DNA from: an uncultured Erysipelotrichaceae bacterium
Lineage (GTDB): Bacteria > Bacillota_I > Bacilli_A > Erysipelotrichales > Erysipelotrichaceae
NCBI GenBank assembly: GCA_964501425.1
Contig: CAZCSQ010000001.1
Coordinates: forward strand, 1 to 55,218
DNA: 55,218 nucleotides
Reading direction: 5' to 3'
In this document: positions 9,725 through 15,139 of the stretch, one piece after another
How positions within the stretch are numbered: position 1 is the stretch's first letter
How the letters are laid out: each line of letters starts with the position of its first letter
Notes under the pieces: model-generated
Told to the model about the DNA's origin: nothing
Database searches by the model: none
Seen by the model: the letters and a program-made list of their open reading frames with translations, nothing else
Position numbers and translations under genes: made by a program

Positions 9725-9751
9725 TTAGCACTTAGTCAAACAGAGTGCTAA
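9725..9751. promoter_or_regulatory. CIRCE operator (HrcA binding site) in the htpG leader
   Basis: TTAGCACTT-N9-GAGTGCTAA versus the consensus TTAGCACTC-N9-GAGTGCTAA, a 17/18 match. It directly abuts the htpG SD: ...GTGCTAAAGGAGGACATATG on the minus strand. Confidence 0.85.
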
Positions 9752-9755
9752 TATC

Positions 9756-9784
9756 ATTCTAATACTTTTATTGCTTATTGACAA
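9756..9784 (-). promoter_or_regulatory. Candidate sigmaA promoter of htpG
   Basis: The minus strand reads TTGTCA (9784..9779), a 17 nt spacer, then TAGAAT (9761..9756), just upstream of CIRCE. Confidence 0.55.
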
Positions 9785-9793
9785 GTCTTTAAC

Positions 9794-9826
9794 TAAAAAA
9801 ACGAACTCTTAGAGTTCGATTTTTTT
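9794..9826 (-). terminator. Intrinsic terminator of the degV-family gene
   Basis: A-run, CGAACTC-TTA-GAGTTCG, then T-run. The stop codon sits in the loop. Confidence 0.65.
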
Positions 9827-10660
9827 GATATATTGAAATGCGACACACCCAAGGCCTGTATGAACCCCGACTGTTGAGATTAAACTTGTAAGATAGATAT
9901 CAGCTTCAGGAAAAGCTTCTTCCATTCTTTTGACCATGCTTTCTCCTTCAGTTTGATTACGCACATGGGCAACACAGATGCGATATCCCTTACCTACTCC
10001 ATGTTCACGGAAATAAGTAATAACTCTTTCTTCAGCTCTTCTAAGGGTCCTTACTTTATCAAAGACATCGTTTTTACCACCTGAGCCTTCATTAACGATC
10101 AATACAGGAACTATCTTAAATAGACCAGCTAAGGTAGCTGCATTTTTAGTTAAACGACCACCACGTACTAAATGTTTCATATCAACAGGTAAGACAAAAG
10201 TAACACTATTATCGGCGGATTCTTTTAAGATCTCTTTGACCTTATCAACAGCCATTCCTTGATCAAACATCTTTCTAGCTGAAGTTGCTAGGTGGAGTTG
10301 GTTTGATGCTGTTGAAAAACAATCAAAGAAATCAAAATCAATGTCCAGTCGTTTAGCCGTTGCACTCATAGCGCTCAAACAACCAGAGAGACCACTAGTA
10401 ATCGGAACGGCAAAGAGAAGATCATATTCATCTTTTAAGCGGATAAAAAGCTCTTCGATCAACCCAAGCGGTGGTTGTGATGTTTTAAGTAGCTTCCCCT
10501 GTGCCATTAATTCATAAGTTTCATCGATTGAAATATCGACTCCTTCAAGATAAGTGTTCTCATCATCGGTTATCGTAAGAGGTAATACATACAAACCAGG
10601 CATCTCTACCTTTTCTTGAAAGGCATTACTGCCACTATCGGTAATTACTGCTATTTTCAT
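9809..10660 (-). CDS. DegV family fatty-acid-binding protein
   Basis: 283 aa. MKIAVITDSGSN start, KTSQPP motif and overall DegV-like layout. Confidence 0.88.
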   Translation of the reverse strand: MKIAVITDSGSNAFQEKVEMPGLYVLPLTITDDENTYLEGVDISIDETYELMAQGKLLKTSQPPLGLIEELFIRLKDEYDLLFAVPITSGLSGCLSAMSATAKRLDIDFDFFDCFSTASNQLHLATSARKMFDQGMAVDKVKEILKESADNSVTFVLPVDMKHLVRGGRLTKNAATLAGLFKIVPVLIVNEGSGGKNDVFDKVRTLRRAEERVITYFREHGVGKGYRICVAHVRNQTEGESMVKRMEEAFPEADIYLTSLISTVGVHTGLGCVAFQYIKKIEL

Positions 10661-10745
10661 TACGCCACCATCCTTTTATATAATTATATATTACTTTAAT
10701 TGACAAATGTATTCAATTATAGTGTAATGAGCGAAAGGTGGAAAA

Positions 10746-11270
10746 ATGAAAAAACTATTACTTATATTATTATTACTTGTTATTGTGGCCAGTTGTGCAC
10801 CAAAACAACCAACGGATAGTGATCAACCAAACGGAACTGTTTCTAATGAAGCAGTAAACATAAGTCTAACAGAATTATTAAACAGAATTGATAACGATGA
10901 GACTTTTGTCATTATCTTTGAAATGGACGGTTGTCCTTGGTGTCATTATGCAATGCCTGTCTTCAAAGAGGTTGCTAAAGAAAATACAGCCGATGCATAT
11001 TACATTAACTTTAGTGACGAACAACCAAAGGAAACCTTCGAAACCGAATTTGATATATTGATCGAACATTTAAGAGATTATATCGAGTTTGATAATGAAG
11101 GATACCCATTGTTTTATGTGCCAAGTGCTTATTACTTCCTAAGTGGAGAAGTAGTTTATGATCACACTGGTACTGTTGATTCTCATGATGCCAATGCTGG
11201 TGGCATGAGCGCTGCTCAAGAATCAGATTTGATTGATGCTTATCAAACAGGATTTAATCTAATACAATAA
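10746..11270 (+). CDS. Thioredoxin-fold lipoprotein with a CPWC redox motif
   Basis: Signal peptide plus lipobox (LLLLVIVASC). The CxxC motif sits in FVIIFEMDGCPWCHYAMP. RBS AAAGGTGG. Confidence 0.7.
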   Translation: MKKLLLILLLLVIVASCAPKQPTDSDQPNGTVSNEAVNISLTELLNRIDNDETFVIIFEMDGCPWCHYAMPVFKEVAKENTADAYYINFSDEQPKETFETEFDILIEHLRDYIEFDNEGYPLFYVPSAYYFLSGEVVYDHTGTVDSHDANAGGMSAAQESDLIDAYQTGFNLIQ

Positions 11271-11293
11271 GATAATTACTATCTTAATCTAAC

Positions 11294-11327
11294 AAAAACG
11301 ACTAGATATAAATCTAGCCGTTTTTTT
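11294..11327. terminator. Bidirectional intrinsic terminator (lipoprotein gene / ybjQ-like gene)
   Basis: AAAAA-CGACTAGAT-ATAA-ATCTAGCCG-TTTTTTT, with one mismatch in the stem. Confidence 0.7.
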
Positions 11328-11334
11328 ATGATAC

Positions 11335-11655
11335 TTATTTAAACTTTACTGCTGTGCCATATGCCATTACTTCAGCAGCGCCTTGCATGATAGCCGCTGA
11401 TGCATATCTGATGTTGACGACTGCCTCAGCTCCTAATGATTCAGCTTCTTCAACCATCCGTTTGGTGGCTAAAGCTCTAACTTCATTCATCATCTCATTA
11501 TAGGCTTTCAATTCTCCACCAATCAAAGTCTTAAACCCTTGTGTTATATCTTTACCGATATTCTTTGATTGAATGGTACTTCCTTTCACAAGACCAATCA
11601 TTTCTAATTCTTTACCATTAATATAATCAGTATTTACTAAGATCATCTTCTTCAC
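11335..11655 (-). CDS. YbjQ/UPF0145 family protein
   Basis: 106 aa. GKELEMIGLVKGSTI...GGE...YNEM...AR..A..RM.EEA..LGA.AV.N.RY matches the UPF0145 pattern. Confidence 0.85.
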   Translation of the reverse strand: MKKMILVNTDYINGKELEMIGLVKGSTIQSKNIGKDITQGFKTLIGGELKAYNEMMNEVRALATKRMVEEAESLGAEAVVNIRYASAAIMQGAAEVMAYGTAVKFK

Positions 11656-11854
11656 CGCTCCTTATCTCTTTGATTCTACCGATTAAAACAACAATCATAA
11701 CGATTGCCATTATAAATGGAATTACAACATACAAAACTTTATACAGAAAAGGCAATGCTTTGATGGCGGATATAGATAGAGCAATACCAACAAAGTAAAT
11801 AATAAATAGTATCGTGATTATTACTGGCGCAATCATCTTATTTAAATATTTCAT
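11627..11854 (-). CDS. Small two-TM membrane protein (hypothetical); its 3' end overlaps the ybjQ-like start
   Basis: Two hydrophobic segments and an acidic tail (SGEEDDLSKY). The start is uncertain: ATG at 11854 or TTG at 11890, both with weak RBS. Confidence 0.45.
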   Translation of the reverse strand: MKYLNKMIAPVIITILFIIYFVGIALSISAIKALPFLYKVLYVVIPFIMAIVMIVVLIGRIKEIRSGEEDDLSKY

Positions 11855-11950
11855 AATTTTACCATCATTTCTAAAAAGAATATAGCACAAATAAAGACAA
11901 TCTACTATATTTCTGTTATTACTTTTTATCCTAGAAAGATGCTTGGATAA

Positions 11951-12634
11951 TTATATGATATCAAACATAATTAGACCAACCGTATTGATAGCTAAATTGG
12001 CAAACATGTGTACTAACCAAGATGGATAAACACTATCCCAGCGATCATTGAGGTAGTTAAAGATTAAACCTCCTACCAATAATCCAATCATACTTAGTAT
12101 ATAGATATAAAAAGCAAACCATCCTTGTGTCATACCAACGTGGTATAAGGCAAAGATCAATGCACTAAATAAATAAGCATAATTCTTTTTGATATGGTGT
12201 TTCAAAATCACAAAAGCATAACCACGAAAGAAAAACTCTTCTAATAAGGAATTGATAAAGGAAATATATAAAGCAACAAAGAAAAAATTATCGGCGGTTA
12301 CTCCCATACTTAAACTTAATGATTCTTTGATATTGTTTAGATCGATAAAATCACTAAAAAGAAAATAAGCTAAGATGATGGTTGTATAAACACCCACTCC
12401 TAAAAAGAAAGCTTTGATCAATGGCTTTTTTTGGAATACAAATAATTTCTTTAAGTGTTTCACTTCATCTTTGTAAAACACAAAATAGACCATTGGTACA
12501 ATCAAAAACAAAACAATCTTCAAAAGAGATTTTTGAAGATATGGTGGTTGGATGATCGCATCAATATAGGCCAAGATAGCAGCCGAGATGATAACCGTAC
12601 TTATGATGTAGCTACTTTTTGTCTTTGTTTTCAT
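11951..12634 (-). CDS. CPBP (CAAX/Abi) family intramembrane glutamic protease
   Basis: Has the EEFFFRGY motif, a later FALYH motif and a C-terminal HMFANL motif on a polytopic membrane background. Its ATG overlaps the ispD TGA (ATGA). Confidence 0.85.
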   Translation of the reverse strand: MKTKTKSSYIISTVIISAAILAYIDAIIQPPYLQKSLLKIVLFLIVPMVYFVFYKDEVKHLKKLFVFQKKPLIKAFFLGVGVYTTIILAYFLFSDFIDLNNIKESLSLSMGVTADNFFFVALYISFINSLLEEFFFRGYAFVILKHHIKKNYAYLFSALIFALYHVGMTQGWFAFYIYILSMIGLLVGGLIFNYLNDRWDSVYPSWLVHMFANLAINTVGLIMFDII

Positions 12635-13281
12635 TTAATTATTAAATCAAGATCCTTGGGTGTGGTCAATTTTAGATTATCTTCGCTGCCATAAACAACC
12701 TTTACTTTTACATCACTCAAGAGTTCAATTAGCTGGCTATCATCAGTGGCTTGCGTATTAAGCCTAGCTGCTTTTTTATGACAATCAATAATAAGTTGTG
12801 TTTTAAATGCTTGCGGAGTTTGTGCTTGATATATATTACTTCGATCGATTGTTTCAATGATATAACCATTTTCCACTCTTTTGAGAGTGTCTTTAGCTTT
12901 TATCGCTAAGATACAGGCGTCTTCATGCTCAAGTGTTTCCAGTAAGATATCAATCTGTTCAGGATTGATATTCGGTCGAGCTCCGTCATGGATCAATACA
13001 TAATCTTCCTTGATCGCCATTAGTCCATTATAGACACTTTCTTGTCTTGTGGCTCCCCCGAATACTCTTATTAAATGACCAAATTCCTTCTTAAAAGGTT
13101 TGCCCATGTCATCTTTATTTAATACAACAATTATCTGTTTACAACGGACATCATTTAAAAACGGTGTTAATGTTTTCTGTAAGACAGTTACACCTTTTTC
13201 AATCTCATAAAAAACCTTGTTGTAACCTAAGTTCATCCGGCTTCCTCTTCCAGCCGCAACGATTAATACAGCATAATTCAT
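12631..13281 (-). CDS. ispD: 2-C-methyl-D-erythritol 4-phosphate cytidylyltransferase family (IspD/TarI-like)
   Basis: IVAAGRGSRM, GGATRQESV, LIHDGARP, QTPQAF and TDDS motifs. ATG at 13281 has a strong RBS (AAAGGAG, 6 nt spacing). The longer track ORF, running to 13365, has no RBS. Confidence 0.85.
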   Translation of the reverse strand: MNYAVLIVAAGRGSRMNLGYNKVFYEIEKGVTVLQKTLTPFLNDVRCKQIIVVLNKDDMGKPFKKEFGHLIRVFGGATRQESVYNGLMAIKEDYVLIHDGARPNINPEQIDILLETLEHEDACILAIKAKDTLKRVENGYIIETIDRSNIYQAQTPQAFKTQLIIDCHKKAARLNTQATDDSQLIELLSDVKVKVVYGSEDNLKLTTPKDLDLIIK

Positions 13282-13349
13282 AGACTCTCCTTTGATTCTC
13301 TCCATTTTACCACATTTTTCTAAGTGTGAAATATTATCTGTGATATTTG

Positions 13350-13378
13350 TTGTAATTTCAGCCATGGTTAACTATAAT
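13350..13378 (+). promoter_or_regulatory. Candidate sigmaA promoter for the riboswitch-led B12 operon
   Basis: TTGTAA (13350-13355), a 17 nt spacer, then TATAAT (13373-13378). Confidence 0.55.
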
Positions 13379-13387
13379 TTAGTTACA

Positions 13388-13540
13388 TACGGTGGTACGT
13401 AAGTTTAATAGGGAATTTGAATAAACAAAGCTGTCCCAGCAACTGTATCTACGGACAAATCGATAATAACCACTGCTAACAAGCGGGAAGGGTTCGAAGC
13501 GAACGATGTAGGAGCCAGTAGACCTGCCACGATATGGAAA
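13388..13540 (+). promoter_or_regulatory. Cobalamin (AdoCbl) riboswitch aptamer
   Basis: Conserved blocks occur in the correct order: AATAGGGAA (13407-13415), GCTGTCCCAGCAACTGT (13430-13446), CCACTG...GGGAAGG (13470-13491) and the B12 box AGCCAGTAGACCTGCC (13513-13528). Confidence 0.88.
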
Positions 13541-13590
13541 TCCTTTTTATCTTCTGGGTAAAAGAGAAAAAGACATTTATGTCTTTTTCG

Positions 13591-13614
13591 CACATTTCTT
13601 AAATGTGTTTTTTT
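13591..13614 (+). terminator. Candidate riboswitch expression-platform terminator
   Basis: CACATTT-CTT-AAATGTG followed by T7, just upstream of the RBS. A second A/T-rich hairpin (AAAAAGACA-TTTA-TGTCTTTTT) sits at 13567-13588. Confidence 0.55.
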
Positions 13615-13632
13615 AGGAAAAGAGGTAAATTT

Positions 13633-14088
13633 ATGAATAAGAAGACTCTATTGAAAGTCGTTTTAGCGATTCTTTTAGCAAGTACAGCTTACTTTGCTTA
13701 TCGAACTTTCTATCAACCTAACACCCAAAGTGGTGTTAAAGAACTCCAACTGATCATTGAGGTTCAAGAAGAAGATGGATCAATGAAGGTTATCTTTGAT
13801 CAAACAGTTAAAACCGAAGCGGAAATATTAGCTGATTTTCTTTTAGAACTAGATGAAAGCGACGAATTACAGATTGGTTTAACTGGTAATGTAAGTGACC
13901 CTTATGGTCGAAGCTTAACTTCAATCAATGGCTATCAAACCACTGATTGGGCTAGTGGTCCTTGGTGGTTATATGATTCTGAAAACAACATTGAATGTAA
14001 AGAAGCTGAATTCTGTCCAGGTATTGATAGTTGTCCTATCTATGATGAAGATATCTTTGTCTTTTCATATACATCTACTATAGAATGA
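13633..14088 (+). CDS. Membrane-anchored DUF4430-like (transcobalamin beta-domain-like) putative cobalamin-binding protein
   Basis: N-terminal TM anchor, then SINGYQTTDWASGPWWLYD...PIYDEDIFVFSYT, which fits the DUF4430 pattern (ING..., W.Y, GD.I.F.Y). It is the first gene after the B12 riboswitch. ATG at 13633 is preceded by AGAGG, and the track start at 13603 lies inside the terminator hairpin. Confidence 0.65.
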   Translation: MNKKTLLKVVLAILLASTAYFAYRTFYQPNTQSGVKELQLIIEVQEEDGSMKVIFDQTVKTEAEILADFLLELDESDELQIGLTGNVSDPYGRSLTSINGYQTTDWASGPWWLYDSENNIECKEAEFCPGIDSCPIYDEDIFVFSYTSTIE

Positions 14089-14609
14089 AGCCGATCTTAA
14101 GAGTAGCCGTGATCGGTATGTTAGCTGCGACAACTGTCGCTTCCCAAGTCGTATTAGCGTTTGTGCCTAATGTTGAAGTAGTGACCTTATTATTTATCAT
14201 CTACGCTATAAATCTACGCACAAGTGACGCCTTTTTGATCGTTATCGTATTTACGATCATTGAAGGCTTAATTTGGGGAATCTCTGACTGGATGATCGGT
14301 TATCTTTGGATATGGAGCTTATTAGTCTTAGTTGTAAGTATCACTAAAAAGATCATAAACGATAATGCGGATGGATGGGCATTATTGGCTGGATGCTGGG
14401 GTCTAGCCTTTGGTCTTTTCTTCGCCTTGCAATGGGCACTTCTATATGGAATTAATGCAGGTTATGCTTATTGGATAAAAGGCATTGCGTTTGACTTGAT
14501 TCATATGGTATCTAATTATATTATTGTTTTATTACTGTTTACACCAATAAACAAACAATTTCGAAATATCTATCAAAGATTGGAGGTAGCTTATGGCCAT
14601 CACGACTAA
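14085..14609 (+). CDS. ECF-transporter S-component-like membrane protein (putative cobalamin-specific)
   Basis: 174 aa with about 5-6 TM segments. ATGA overlap with the preceding gene. The size and topology are typical of ECF S components, and it is under B12 riboswitch control. No family-specific motif was verified. Confidence 0.5.
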   Translation: MKPILRVAVIGMLAATTVASQVVLAFVPNVEVVTLLFIIYAINLRTSDAFLIVIVFTIIEGLIWGISDWMIGYLWIWSLLVLVVSITKKIINDNADGWALLAGCWGLAFGLFFALQWALLYGINAGYAYWIKGIAFDLIHMVSNYIIVLLLFTPINKQFRNIYQRLEVAYGHHD

Positions 14610-15039
14610 AGGCGGAGATACTGGATTATCCAATATCAAAGATAGCCGTTTACCAAAAACAGATATTGTCTTTGATGTATTGGGAACGATCGATGAATTA
14701 ATTGCTCACCTGGTTATTTGTCAGACACTGACCAAAAAAAATGAATTCAAAATGCTCGTTGATGATCTTTCTCTGATCGCTGCGATCATTGCTGGTCACC
14801 AAACAACATTTGATCAAAACAGAATCAAACAACTTGAAGAAATAATCTTCACATTTCATCATATTAACATTTTTTCTTATCCATATAACGATTATAATAA
14901 GAGTATCATCAACCTTACGCGCACTGTTGCCAGAAGGTTGGAGAGAGTATATTGGCAATACGATCAAAATCACGATTTAGATCATAATATTGGTATATAT
15001 CTAAATCGTTTATCTGATTATCTGTTCACTTTTATCTAA
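14593..15039 (+). CDS. pduO: PduO-type ATP:cob(I)alamin adenosyltransferase
   Basis: The N-terminal TKGGDTGLS...KTD..F.VLGTIDEL and the C-terminal RRLER...YLNRLSDYLF match the PduO/MMAB family. RBS GGAGG. Confidence 0.82.
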   Translation: MAITTKGGDTGLSNIKDSRLPKTDIVFDVLGTIDELIAHLVICQTLTKKNEFKMLVDDLSLIAAIIAGHQTTFDQNRIKQLEEIIFTFHHINIFSYPYNDYNKSIINLTRTVARRLERVYWQYDQNHDLDHNIGIYLNRLSDYLFTFI

Positions 15040-15139
15040 AAGTAGAGCTTATGTCATTTGCTATCAATTTTTTGTGTTAAAATTAAATTAATTATTTTTA
15101 AAATATATTAAGAACATTAGTCATAGGGGAGGACTTTAT

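Noticed and set aside
9734-9751. CtsR-like half site (AGTCAAA) within the CIRCE spacer
   Set aside because: The second heptad (AGTGCTA) does not match the GGTCAAA repeat. The element is fully explained as CIRCE.
13282-13365. N-terminal 28 aa extension of ispD in the track ORF
   Set aside because: The internal ATG at 13281 has a strong AAAGGAG RBS and gives the canonical start MNYAVLIVAAGRGSRM. The extension has no RBS and overlaps the divergent promoter region.
13405-13593. 62 aa minus-strand ORF from the track, in the ispD / B12-operon intergenic region
   Set aside because: It lies exactly antisense to the cobalamin riboswitch and its terminator hairpins and has no RBS. The conserved RNA motifs explain the sequence better than a coding role.
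15040-15139. Possible NrdR boxes upstream of nrdJ
   Set aside because: Only AT-rich partial matches are present (for example AAAATATATT). I could not find two convincing 16 bp palindromes at the expected spacing.
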